From positions 1 through 60,347 of IMG/VR virus record IMGVR_UViG_3300015242_000026: a stretch of DNA of 60,347 bases. One strand, 5' to 3'. Numbering within the stretch: the stretch's first letter is position 1; every line of letters starts with the position of its first letter. Position numbers and translations under genes: made by a program. Positions 27,948 to 36,899 of the stretch are shown here, piece after piece. The notes beneath the pieces are model-generated. The model worked only from the letters and a program-made list of their open reading frames with translations. It did not search any database and had not been told where the DNA came from. Source of the DNA: a virus. Taxonomy: Duplodnaviria > Caudoviricetes.

Positions 27948-30089
27948 TCAGGCCGAATCCAGGGTTTTCCGCTTCATGGCCCGCACGATCGCCGCTACAT
28001 GGGCGCCCTTGACGACGCGGTTGTCGTCGGACTTGTCTCGGCCGTTCTTGCTCTCCACCTGCAGGGCGCGTAGCTGCGCGGAGATCGCCTCGCCGGTGAC
28101 GTCGGCATAGTGCTCGGGCAGCTGCTCGGCCAGCCGAGCCGCGATCTGCGTCCAACTCACCCATGCCTCACCGGCGTAGAACACGCCGTGCACGTCGCGC
28201 AGCACGTCGCGGTACTCCCGCGTCACGTCCTCGCCGGCCGCCTGGCCGGTCAACGTCCCGGCCGCCTCACGATGCGCCCGAGCAGCCTTCAAGATGGTCT
28301 GCGCGTCCTCGCCGGTCGCCAGGAACGTCCGGACGATGGGCGTCTCGTCGGACTGGCCGTAGAGGATCCCGACGCCCAGGTACTCCTTACCGAGCGGCAG
28401 CGCCGAGGCGTCGTAGCCCTCGGCGTAGGCGTCGCCGCCGAGGATCGCGTCCGACACGATCCGGTTGCCGCACTTCAGCGCGAACCGGACTGCGAAGTTG
28501 TCCCGGAATCGGTTGAACAGGCGGCCGACATCCCCGGCGCCGACGCCGGAGGGTTTCTGCGATGCGCCGATCAGGACGACACCGGCCGATGGACCAACCG
28601 CCATGATCTTGGAGAGGAGGTCGGCGATTTCCGAGACGGCATCCTTGTCCGCCAGCTCGTAGTACAGCTGGAACTCCTCCATCACCAGCAGCCAAACCCG
28701 CAGGTCCGGGTACTTACGTGCCAGCTCGCGGGTGAGTTTGCCCTCCGGGCACTCCGACAGCGGCAGCCCGGACAGGAAGTCATTGACCCGCTCGATGTGC
28801 CGCATGATCTCGCGCAGCGCCTGGAGGAGATTGTCGACAGGATCGCTGTCCTGGGCGTTCGGGACGATGCCGAAGACCATCCGGTGCGCGACCAGCCGGA
28901 ACGGTTTCCAGTCGGGCGAGTTCTTCCCGTCGGCGATCGTGATCCGCACGTACGGGTCCAGCGCCGCATACAGGGCCAGCAGTCGGGCGGAGAAAGTCTT
29001 GCCCTTGCGGGGCTGTGCTCCGACCAGGATCGACACCCACATCAGGAACACCGAGGTCAGGCGTCCGCGCTCGTCCAGGCCGAACGGTGCCGGCTTCCAA
29101 ATGTCTGTCACCTTGCCCGTGAGCAGCGGGGTCTTACCTGCGGGAACGGACAGCGGGTCGACGTCGGTGACGTACAGCCGGTGCTTGCGTACCGACTTCT
29201 TGTCGCGGGTCAGGTACACCTGCTGCTCCAGGACATCCAGACCAGACGCGATCGCCGCTCTCTCCTTCACCGCGTCCGCGAACGTCGCCCCGAACGGCAG
29301 GATCACCGTTACTTCGGAGCCCTGGTCGAGGGCGTCTCGGGACATCCGTGACCCGAACTCGATCCTCTGGTCTGGTTTGTCCGCACGCCCGAGCCCTGCT
29401 GCGTAGTAGGCGCGTAGCACCACATCGGCGTTGATCACCCGGAATTGCGGGGCGACCACCGCAGACGACACGATCGGCTTTGCCCGCACCGCGACTCGGC
29501 CGTGATGCGCCAGCGGCGGCATCACCACGGCCACGATCAGCAGCTGCAACCACAGCGGCCCGAACGTGTGCAACAGCGCATACCCGATCAGCAGCACGAC
29601 CAGGACACAGGCGAGTACCCAGCCGCGGAACAACCGGCGGGCGTTGCCCTCCCGCCGGTGCTGGCGGAACGCCGCATGATCGGTCTGGTTGACCGCCGCC
29701 TGTTCCATCCGAAACGACGCCGGATCCCACCACCACGAGATCAACAGCCACAACACGCGCAGCAACCCGACCGGCGCGAACAACACACCCAGACCGGCGT
29801 ACAGCGGCGCCCGGACACCGTGCCACGCCGCGTGATGCCCCAGCGCTCCAGCCTTACGGCTGGTGGTCTTCCGAATCCCAGTCCAGGTACGCAGGTTCGC
29901 CGGCACGATCGGCCGGCGTTCATGCTGCTCGACAACCGCATCGACGAACACCGGCTTGTGCTTGTGCTTGGCCGGGTCAGGCCGGTCCTCGTCCGGGTCC
30001 AGCTGGGCCTCGAACGACATGTCGTAGACCTCGCTCGGCCCGATCTCGCCCCGCACCACGACCTGGTCCTCGACGACGTCCTCACTCAC
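27948..30089 (-). CDS. FtsK/SpoIIIE-family DNA translocase, TraB/TraSA-like
   Basis: N-terminal TMs; Walker A GAQPRKGKT; Walker B VMEEFQ; ASQKP; C-terminal wHTH-like region. Confidence 0.88.
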   Translation of the reverse strand: MSEDVVEDQVVVRGEIGPSEVYDMSFEAQLDPDEDRPDPAKHKHKPVFVDAVVEQHERRPIVPANLRTWTGIRKTTSRKAGALGHHAAWHGVRAPLYAGLGVLFAPVGLLRVLWLLISWWWDPASFRMEQAAVNQTDHAAFRQHRREGNARRLFRGWVLACVLVVLLIGYALLHTFGPLWLQLLIVAVVMPPLAHHGRVAVRAKPIVSSAVVAPQFRVINADVVLRAYYAAGLGRADKPDQRIEFGSRMSRDALDQGSEVTVILPFGATFADAVKERAAIASGLDVLEQQVYLTRDKKSVRKHRLYVTDVDPLSVPAGKTPLLTGKVTDIWKPAPFGLDERGRLTSVFLMWVSILVGAQPRKGKTFSARLLALYAALDPYVRITIADGKNSPDWKPFRLVAHRMVFGIVPNAQDSDPVDNLLQALREIMRHIERVNDFLSGLPLSECPEGKLTRELARKYPDLRVWLLVMEEFQLYYELADKDAVSEIADLLSKIMAVGPSAGVVLIGASQKPSGVGAGDVGRLFNRFRDNFAVRFALKCGNRIVSDAILGGDAYAEGYDASALPLGKEYLGVGILYGQSDETPIVRTFLATGEDAQTILKAARAHREAAGTLTGQAAGEDVTREYRDVLRDVHGVFYAGEAWVSWTQIAARLAEQLPEHYADVTGEAISAQLRALQVESKNGRDKSDDNRVVKGAHVAAIVRAMKRKTLDSA

Positions 30090-30167
30090 TGCTGCTCTAC
30101 CTCTCGGCTCGCTACGAACACTCGACCCCGGCAGGTGGTCCCTACCGGGGTGAGCTGGGAAACGTGG

Positions 30168-30341
30168 TCAGCTACTGCCCGCCTTGCCGCGCTGGGCGTT
30201 CGAGTTCAGCCGCTGCTTCACAGCCTTTTTACTGACCGGGTCAGGCTGCGCCTTCTGCGCACGTCGACTCAGCGAGGCGTGCTGCTTGTCGCTGATCGTG
30301 TTCGGGACGTTTTTACTGCTGCTGCTGTCGAACCAACCCAT
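30168..30341 (-). CDS. 57-aa basic peptide
   Basis: GAGGAGGAG RBS inside the repeat; MGWFDSSSSK... Confidence 0.7.
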   Translation of the reverse strand: MGWFDSSSSKNVPNTISDKQHASLSRRAQKAQPDPVSKKAVKQRLNSNAQRGKAGSS

Positions 30342-30342
30342 C

Positions 30343-30422
30343 TCGATCTCCTCCTCGTCATGGCCGGGTGGCCACCGCACCCGGGCCGGCGAGAGTGCCG
30401 GCCCGGAACGGAAACAACCCGG
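30343..30422 (-). repeat. Structured 80-nt leader repeat, copy 2
   Basis: Paralog of 30565-30644; hairpin plus RBS. Confidence 0.85.
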
Positions 30423-30563
30423 TCAGTTCTGGGTGGTATGTCCAAAAACCTTGCCGGGCCGCGCTCCTCCGGCCGGGACCTTCGGGAGCTTGGCGGCCAG
30501 CTTCGCGGCCTGCTCATGCGCGCGAGTCGAAATACCCGGGTCTGGCTTGACGAACTTGCCCAT
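30423..30563 (-). CDS. 46-aa basic peptide (not in ORF track)
   Basis: AGGAGGAG RBS; MGKFVKPDPGISTRAHEQAAKLAAK... Confidence 0.7.
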   Translation of the reverse strand: MGKFVKPDPGISTRAHEQAAKLAAKLPKVPAGGARPGKVFGHTTQN

Positions 30564-30564
30564 G

Positions 30565-30644
30565 TCGATCTCCTCCTGTCATGGCCGGGTCGGCCACCGC
30601 GCCGAGCCGGTCCGAAAGAACCGGCCCGGACGGAAACAACCCGG
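30565..30644 (-). repeat. Structured 80-nt leader repeat, copy 1
   Basis: Paralog of 30343-30422. Confidence 0.85.
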
Positions 30645-30793
30645 ATCAATGCAAGTCCCGAGCGCCGCAGCAACGGCACTGATGAGCGCCGCCGCACGTG
30701 CAACCGCAGCTCAAACACCCGCCGCGATGAGCACACCCCACACCGACCGCACTTGCCGCTGTTCTGCTGCCGACAGGAGTCCTTATTGGCCAT

Positions 30794-30892
30794 TCAGTTC
30801 TCCCATTCCTTGATTCGCAGGTAGACCAGGTACGCCGACAGGACGCCGAGGCCGAGGCCGAGAGCGAGAGCGATGAAGGTGAAGACGGTCAT
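30794..30892 (-). CDS. 32-aa single-TM peptide
   Basis: MTVFTFIALALGLGLGVLSAYLVYLRIKEWEN; ATGA overlap. Confidence 0.6.
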   Translation of the reverse strand: MTVFTFIALALGLGLGVLSAYLVYLRIKEWEN

Positions 30893-31623
30893 GACGGGTC
30901 TCCGTTCCTGAGCAGGTGGGCCAGGGCGGCGCCCATGCCCAAGACGCCCACTGGGATACAGGCCACGAAGGTGGTGATCTGCCAGGGGGCGTGATCCATG
31001 TGCGCCGCCGCCATCAGATGGAAGGTGACCTGACCGAGCGCGCCGAGGATCAGCGAACCAACCGCGGACCAGCGGGCGAACCGCCGGGCCCGCGGCGGGA
31101 CACCGATCGCGAGACAGGCCCGCAGCGCGTACGCCGCGTACGCCTCAACCCCGATCGGCAACGTGATCGCCGTGTTGAGCTGGGCGCTGTCCCAAATACC
31201 GGGCAGTGGGTGGACCACCCCGAAACCGGTCAGCCCGCCCAGCCCCACCCAGCCCGACCAGATCGCCACCGAAGCCGGCAGAGCGAGCAGCAGCAGCGGC
31301 CACGCGCTCACCTTCTGGGCCGGCGGCCTATCCGATCCCGCGCCCACTGTGGTCTGCGGAACGGCCGCCACGGCCGGCGCCGGCTCGGCGGGGACATCTA
31401 CCTCATCAGGATTGATCAGGTCGGGGTCGGCCCCTGCGGCCTCGTCGAAACGCCGAGCCTGCTCCTCCAGCCGCGCCTGAATGTCCTTCGCCCGGTCATA
31501 GCCGACCTTCAACTCCCGGCGGATCTCGTTACAGGCCGGTACCCGATCGAGCGTGTTCGCCAGGTCCCGGGCCGCCGGCATCAACTCGTCGACCGTCGCA
31601 CCGTTGATCGTCGGGGTACTCAC
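30889..31623 (-). CDS. Spd-like (plasmid spread) four-TM protein with N-terminal HTH-like region
   Basis: IRRELKVGYDRA; LPIGVEAY; four TMs; upstream of the TraB-like gene. Confidence 0.65.
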   Translation of the reverse strand: MSTPTINGATVDELMPAARDLANTLDRVPACNEIRRELKVGYDRAKDIQARLEEQARRFDEAAGADPDLINPDEVDVPAEPAPAVAAVPQTTVGAGSDRPPAQKVSAWPLLLLALPASVAIWSGWVGLGGLTGFGVVHPLPGIWDSAQLNTAITLPIGVEAYAAYALRACLAIGVPPRARRFARWSAVGSLILGALGQVTFHLMAAAHMDHAPWQITTFVACIPVGVLGMGAALAHLLRNGDPS

Positions 31624-31814
31624 TGAACGCCACCCTTCGCAATGGCCAGCTGTACATGGACCAGCGCGTGGAGGTGTTTCTCCACCCGCTCGTGACTACT
31701 GACCGGCTCTGCCGAGATGGTGGCGGCAAGCTCGACATGCTCGGCCGGGGTCATCGCGACCAGCCGGTCACGATCCGCCGCAATCTCGGCGGCCCTGCGT
31801 TCGGCGTCGCTCAC
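31620..31814 (-). CDS. Hypothetical protein
   Basis: Coupled operon member. Confidence 0.6.
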   Translation of the reverse strand: MSDAERRAAEIAADRDRLVAMTPAEHVELAATISAEPVSSHERVEKHLHALVHVQLAIAKGGVQ

Positions 31815-32563
31815 TGGTCACCACCGGCGATCTCCCGCAGCCGGGCGGTGTAGGTGAGTCCGGCGCGGCGCAACGCATCGGCTGGCGTGCCCTCGGTCCA
31901 ATCGGGGACGCTACCGGTCATCGGCAACGGGGTGTGCTCGCGCGCGTACCCGCGGACCTGCTCCGCCAGCTCGTACCATGCGAGCGAGGGCAGCGCGGCG
32001 GGCCCCGTGACGAGCTCCACGCCGCAGGTGGCGCCGCGCTCGGTCAGGTAGCGCTGCGCCGTGACCCGGTACGCCTCGGTGTACGCGGCCCCGTCCTGGT
32101 CGAACAGCCGCTCGATCGCGGCGGACAGGTCCTCGGCTGCGGCTACCTGCTCGTTGGTGGCGTTCTCGTCGTTCGTGCGCTCAACCGCCTGATCGTTCTC
32201 CTCATCGAACAGGTCGCAGATGCCGAAGTCGAAGAACACATACTCGGCGTCGAAGTGCAGGCGCACCGGTTCGGTCCGCCAGGACAGCAGGTCAGCGGGA
32301 GCGTGGCCGGCGGTGCCGTTCACGAGCTGGCGCACTAGGTCCGCTTCCCACGAGCCGGGCCGGCCGGCCAGCAACGCGTCAACGCCGCCGACATTTGCCG
32401 CCACCGCGGTCAGCACATAGGCGGCAATATCGGCGAAGTCCACCGGCTCGGTCGCGGCGGCCGGAGTGCCCGCGCCACGTACCCGGGTCTGCCGGGCCAC
32501 CGAGGTCAGAACCTCGATCGCCTGCCCGTACAACTCCCGGCGGGAAACCTCAGGGGTACTCAC
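31811..32563 (-). CDS. Hypothetical protein
   Basis: LLAGRPGSWEADLV; bounded by junction repeats. Confidence 0.7.
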   Translation of the reverse strand: MSTPEVSRRELYGQAIEVLTSVARQTRVRGAGTPAAATEPVDFADIAAYVLTAVAANVGGVDALLAGRPGSWEADLVRQLVNGTAGHAPADLLSWRTEPVRLHFDAEYVFFDFGICDLFDEENDQAVERTNDENATNEQVAAAEDLSAAIERLFDQDGAAYTEAYRVTAQRYLTERGATCGVELVTGPAALPSLAWYELAEQVRGYAREHTPLPMTGSVPDWTEGTPADALRRAGLTYTARLREIAGGDQ

Positions 32564-32778
32564 CGGTCACCACCGGCGATCTCCCGCAGCAGCTCGGCGA
32601 CCATCTCGGCCGGGATGACTCCGCGTTCGATCGCGGCGAGTTGGGCGAACTTCATCGCGATCTGCTCACGGCCCGGGTTCGCCGACCATGCGGGGCTCGG
32701 GGAGCTGCCGTTTTCCGTTTCATTGTCGGCGGCGGCCCTGCGTAGCAGCGCGGCGGCCTCGGCGAGGTAGTCGGTCAT
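32560..32778 (-). CDS. Hypothetical protein
   Basis: MTDYLAEAAALL...LREIAGGDR. Confidence 0.6.
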   Translation of the reverse strand: MTDYLAEAAALLRRAAADNETENGSSPSPAWSANPGREQIAMKFAQLAAIERGVIPAEMVAELLREIAGGDR

Positions 32779-32815
32779 CGGGTACAGCTCCCCGCGGGAA
32801 ACCTCAGGGGTACGC

Positions 32816-32971
32816 TCACCGGTTCCTCGCCTCCTCACGGCGGGCACGTTCACGCGCCTCACGGAGGCGGGTGACCAGCTCGCTGCGCTCGAACCGCTCG
32901 CCGAACTCCAGGTCCAACGCCGTCAATGCTTCGATGCACATCGTCAACTCGGAAATCGTCAGCACGTCCAT
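32816..32971 (-). CDS. 51-aa hypothetical peptide
   Basis: AGGTGG RBS; MDVLTISEL... Confidence 0.55.
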   Translation of the reverse strand: MDVLTISELTMCIEALTALDLEFGERFERSELVTRLREARERARREEARNR

Positions 32972-33011
32972 GCCACCTATCAAGATCGCAACGAAGAAGG
33001 GGGTTGAGATT

Positions 33012-33143
33012 TCAGGAGCCCTGGCCGAACAGGCGCTTGTCGCGACGACGCATCTTCTTCGCGAACCGACGCGCCTGGCGGGGCGTCAGGCCAGCACGAC
33101 CCGTCTGGTCCGTGTAGACCGCGTAGCGGCAGCCGTCATACAT
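33012..33143 (-). CDS. 43-aa basic peptide
   Basis: GGAG RBS; LTPRQARRFAKK motif. Confidence 0.55.
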   Translation of the reverse strand: MYDGCRYAVYTDQTGRAGLTPRQARRFAKKMRRRDKRLFGQGS

Positions 33144-33213
33144 CTCGGTCTCCAATCAAGATCGCGAAGGGGAACAGAGGGAGGGGCGGCTCTACGGCCG
33201 CCCCCGAGATCAA

Positions 33214-33345
33214 CTATTTGCCCTTGCTCTTCCTCTCGCGCTTGTCCCTCTCGACCATCTGCGCGTAACCGGTGGACATCGAACACACGGCACTCCCAGT
33301 GGCGTGACCGCCGCCGCACTTGCTACAGGTCGTCTGCTTCGCCAT
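33214..33345 (-). CDS. 43-aa CxxC peptide, first gene of the leftward operon
   Basis: AGGGAG RBS; MAKQTTCSKCGGGH. Confidence 0.6.
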   Translation of the reverse strand: MAKQTTCSKCGGGHATGSAVCSMSTGYAQMVERDKRERKSKGK

Positions 33346-33383
33346 CTCGGTCTCCCTCGTTGCTGTTTCTGTGTTCTGGGGTA

Positions 33384-33413
33384 ACACTAAAGACCGGACC
33401 CATTGCGTGTCAA
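33384..33413 (-). promoter_or_regulatory. Strong principal-sigma promoter driving the leftward transfer operon
   Basis: TTGACA-N18-TAGTGT; GGTAACA boxes at 33380, 33416 and (inverted) 33463. Confidence 0.75.
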
Positions 33414-33470
33414 GAGGTAACATGTATAGCCTGAACACAGAAATGATCCAGTCTGCGGAGGGTGTTACCG

Positions 33471-33716
33471 ATGGGAACGGAAAGCCGTTACTCTCAGCGC
33501 GTGTCCAGACTTCCCACCGCGCTGAACGACAGACAGAAGCGGCTGCTGGCCGCTCTGGCGGGCGTCGTGGAGAAGCGCCGCCGCAACGACGCGGAGTACG
33601 AGGACCTGCTCGTCCAGTGCAAGGCAGCGGACATCCCGATCGCACACATCGCGGACACCGCAGGGGTGCAGCGGAAGACGATCTACAGCCAGCTCGGGCG
33701 TGCCGGTGGGGGCTGA
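33471..33716 (+). CDS. Small HTH regulator divergent from the leftward promoter
   Basis: IAHIADTAGVQRKTIY; GGAGG RBS. Confidence 0.75.
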   Translation: MGTESRYSQRVSRLPTALNDRQKRLLAALAGVVEKRRRNDAEYEDLLVQCKAADIPIAHIADTAGVQRKTIYSQLGRAGGG

Positions 33717-34227
33717 ACCCGTGGGCCGGACCGCCCTGTATGAGCTGCACGACGACGCGGGCGTGCTGCTCTACGTCGGCATCTCCAATCGGCCTCGGGT
33801 CCGATTCGCCAAGCACGCCCACGACAAGGTCTGGTGGCCAGAGGTAGCGACATGGACAGTCACCTGGCACGAAACCCGCGACGGCGCCGCACTCGCAGAG
33901 GTGACTGCGATTCGTACCAAACGTCCCCGACACAACAAGGCCCTGCCAGACGAGTACGGCGTCTACCGAGTCGCTGGGCGTCGCCCGCCGTTGAGCCCGG
34001 ACCACGTCGCAGTTCTTGAGCGCCTGGCTTCGATCGTGGACCCGGCCGCGCGCGCCATAGAGATCGGCCGGCAACTCCAGGCGATCCCAAAGACTCAGCA
34101 GCGCTTGGCGGGCATGCGGCAGGCCGCCGTTCTTGAAATGCGCGCCAACGGCACGACCTTGGCCAAGATCGGCGCGGAGTTGGGCGTGAGCAGCGGGCGC
34201 GCCCAACAGATCAGTATCGGCGAATGA
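33700..34227 (+). CDS. GIY-YIG-like domain fused to a C-terminal HTH
   Basis: ALYEL..LLYVGIS..R..H..E..N; TLAKIGAELGVSSGRAQQI. Confidence 0.8.
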   Translation: MPVGAEPVGRTALYELHDDAGVLLYVGISNRPRVRFAKHAHDKVWWPEVATWTVTWHETRDGAALAEVTAIRTKRPRHNKALPDEYGVYRVAGRRPPLSPDHVAVLERLASIVDPAARAIEIGRQLQAIPKTQQRLAGMRQAAVLEMRANGTTLAKIGAELGVSSGRAQQISIGE

Positions 34228-34236
34228 GCACAACGA

Positions 34237-34273
34237 AGCGGCCCCGCCAGTCCTCAGGGACAGGCGGGGCCGC
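34237..34273. terminator. Bidirectional terminator hairpin
   Basis: AGCGGCCCCGCC...GGCGGGGCCGCT between convergent genes. Confidence 0.7.
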
Positions 34274-34289
34274 TCTGCTCGTGCTAGGG

Positions 34290-34898
34290 CTAGCCCACCT
34301 TGACCCAGTCCCCGCAGTCCCTGCTGACAAATGTGTCGTCGCTGGCCCGGATCGTTACCCGCTGCTTCACCTTCGAAGCGGTGATGAAGTTGTTGGCGAC
34401 GATCTGACCGTTCCGGCCGCGCTCCCAGTAACAGCCCTCGATGTCGGAGCTGGTCGTCTCGTAGGTGCCGGGTTTCACCTCGCTGGGCACGGCGTGCGCG
34501 TCGCCGCCACCGATCCCGCCCTGCGCCCGCTGCCATACCGCCAGATATTGCGGGCAGCCTGCTCTCAACTCGTCCGGGTTGATGTTGCCGCTGTTCTGGT
34601 TCTGGATGTAGGCGTCGAGCAGGTCGGCCTCGCCGGACCTTGCCCACGCTTCCGAGTCGGAGCAGGTAGAGCTGATCGAAGGTGTCGGGCTGGGCTGCGG
34701 AGGCGTCGGCTGACTCTCTGTCGCCTGGGCGACAGGCGGCTGCGTATCGGATGGGCTGGCCGCAGCGACCGGCGCATGCCCGCCGGTGCGCGCTGCAACG
34801 GCTGCCACAACGGGGATGACGAGAAGGACCACGCATACCGCGCCGCCCATAATCCATCTCCGCCGCTCCTGCTGCCGGAGCGTGTCCATGGGTGTCAT
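34290..34898 (-). CDS. Membrane-anchored extracytoplasmic protein, leaderless
   Basis: TM, Pro linker, VKPGTY and CYWER; CACACT-N7-ATG. Confidence 0.8.
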   Translation of the reverse strand: MTPMDTLRQQERRRWIMGGAVCVVLLVIPVVAAVAARTGGHAPVAAASPSDTQPPVAQATESQPTPPQPSPTPSISSTCSDSEAWARSGEADLLDAYIQNQNSGNINPDELRAGCPQYLAVWQRAQGGIGGGDAHAVPSEVKPGTYETTSSDIEGCYWERGRNGQIVANNFITASKVKQRVTIRASDDTFVSRDCGDWVKVG

Positions 34899-34959
34899 GT
34901 CCCGCAGTGTGACCGGTCACGTCCAGTAGGTCACCGGATGATCGGTCGCCATGTCCTAA

Positions 34960-35406
34960 TGATTCGGTCATCGGGACATCAACCGCGATCGACCGGACGC
35001 GTTCGACCGGCAGGCCAAGCAGTCGGGCAATCTCATTGATCGGCGTGCCTAGCTCATGCATCCTGACGACGAACTGGACCTCCGGGTCCGGCCTGCGCCT
35101 CGATGGTGATCGGGTGTACGCGAACACCCCGCCGGCCGCCTCGACCGCCGCTCGCAACTCGCCGTCGTCGCGTCCTTCGATCGCGACGAGAACCGCGGCG
35201 GCCTGGCCGTCTCGGACCAACGCCACCGCCGCAACCCGGTCCGGAGTTACGCTCACGACCTCATACCCGTTGCGCTCCAGGTAGGACCTGCTGGCCGCGT
35301 ACTGACGTAACACGTCGATCTGGCCCCGACAAAGCAGGACCGCACGGCGCCCGTGGGCGACCGGGGAATGGTCGGTGAGTGTTTGATGAGCGTCGATTAG
35401 CGGCAT
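34960..35406 (-). CDS. Protein with C-terminal HTH; 3' end uncertain (no nearby stop, end coordinate approximate)
   Basis: GGGAGG RBS before ATG 35406; GTPINEIARLLGLPVERV. Confidence 0.45.
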
Positions 35407-35564
35407 GCGGCCTCCCCGATGCGAGGGGGAGCGCGGCAGCCGGGCCATTGTGGATCATCCGACCACCGCACTCCTGCACGCACCGTAGGAATTGGATTAC
35501 GGTCGAACCAGATCACTGGCGGGTCAGATCGGTGCCGTGCGCCAGTGAACTAACCCGCAGTGGG

Positions 35565-36812
35565 TCAGTCGCGCACGTCGAGAAAGTCGGCCAGCTCACG
35601 CAGATCCGCAGGCACGGTACGTGCACGGGTGTGCAGGAGCCGCCCGGTCAGGGTCCGGCCGTAGCGCTGATAGCGCAGCCAGCCCGGCACTGTCTGCCGC
35701 AGGCGTAGCAGCACGGCGATCGCCTCGTCGGGCCGGCGTCGCTCAAGGTGCGCGGCTGCGACGTCGAGCTCGAAGCGGTGATGGGTGACTAGTGGCGTCG
35801 CATCGTCGGGGACGTCTCGCGCCGACCGGAGTGCAGTGTCAACGTCGCCACTGACCATCGCCAGCTCGACTTCGCGCATAGCTACGACGGCGGGGCTGAT
35901 TTGCGTCCAGTGCGCGACGTCATTGGAGCGGTAGTCCTCCGCGACGTATGCCGCGGCCCTGGCCCGGCGCAATGCGTCGGCGGCTACATCGGGCCGGTTG
36001 TTGCGGGTGGCCGCCGCGGCGGCTCCGAGGTTCAGCCAGCCCCAGGTGCCGACCTGGGCCAACGGTGAGCGGGTAAAACTGGGCTCCACTGCTTGGGCGC
36101 TGGCCAGCGCGGCCAGCTCGGCGTCGTCGAACCGGGCCTGCCGTGTCAGTAGCCAGTTTTCCGTGCATACCACCGCCGCCATCGTCGCCTCGCTCCCGAT
36201 GGCCCGGCCGGCGTCCATCGCCAACCCGAGCGATTGATAGGCGAGGTCGTCGTGGCGTAGCTGGATGAGCACCATGCCTGCGGTGATGTAGATCTGCGCA
36301 AGCTGCTCGCGTACCACGTCCGCGTCGCCGCCCGCCACGCTGTCCGCAGCGTGCCGCGCGTGGATGATCGCGGTTGGCAGGGCCGCGACCGCGCCGGCAT
36401 AGTCGGAATCTCGGAACATGCCATTGACCTCGCGCGCGGCCTGTCGCACCGCGTCGGCCGTGGGTGGCTCCTCGTCGTCGGCGAGCGTTGGCGCCGAGCT
36501 GTCGGTGACTGATCGTGCCGGCTGGAGAGCCCTGCGGATCCCATACAGGTCGTCGCGGTCGTCGCGGTCGACCGGGCCGACGAACCGCGGAGTCGGTTTG
36601 AACAGATCGACCGTGGTCAGGTCGAGAGCCCCGGCGAGTTTGCGTAGCGTCGGAAGCGACGCAGAGTCCCGGTCACCGCGTTCGAGTTTGCGGATCACAG
36701 ACACGCTGACCGCCGCACGCTCTGCGAGTTGCTCCTGCGTCATGCCGCGCCGACGTCGCATACGCGCGAGGTTGTCACCGAGCGCGGGGAACTTGTCGAC
36801 CATCACCTTCAC
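35565..36812 (-). CDS. XRE-family regulator with helical C-terminal domain
   Basis: RRRRGMTQEQLAERAAVSVSVIRKLERG. Confidence 0.88.
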   Translation of the reverse strand: MKVMVDKFPALGDNLARMRRRRGMTQEQLAERAAVSVSVIRKLERGDRDSASLPTLRKLAGALDLTTVDLFKPTPRFVGPVDRDDRDDLYGIRRALQPARSVTDSSAPTLADDEEPPTADAVRQAAREVNGMFRDSDYAGAVAALPTAIIHARHAADSVAGGDADVVREQLAQIYITAGMVLIQLRHDDLAYQSLGLAMDAGRAIGSEATMAAVVCTENWLLTRQARFDDAELAALASAQAVEPSFTRSPLAQVGTWGWLNLGAAAAATRNNRPDVAADALRRARAAAYVAEDYRSNDVAHWTQISPAVVAMREVELAMVSGDVDTALRSARDVPDDATPLVTHHRFELDVAAAHLERRRPDEAIAVLLRLRQTVPGWLRYQRYGRTLTGRLLHTRARTVPADLRELADFLDVRD

Positions 36813-36899
36813 TCCCAGGCAGAGGACTGGGCCGGCGGGCGACCGGGCCTCTACACCCGATGCCCGCCGTGCCCTCTAAGGTACTCCCAGCCCAGGTTC

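Noticed and set aside
33214-35448. 744-aa minus-strand ORF
   Set aside because: It overlaps three better-supported genes and two promoters. Only the first ~150 aa and last 43 aa look like real proteins. Probably chance read-through or a lost stop.
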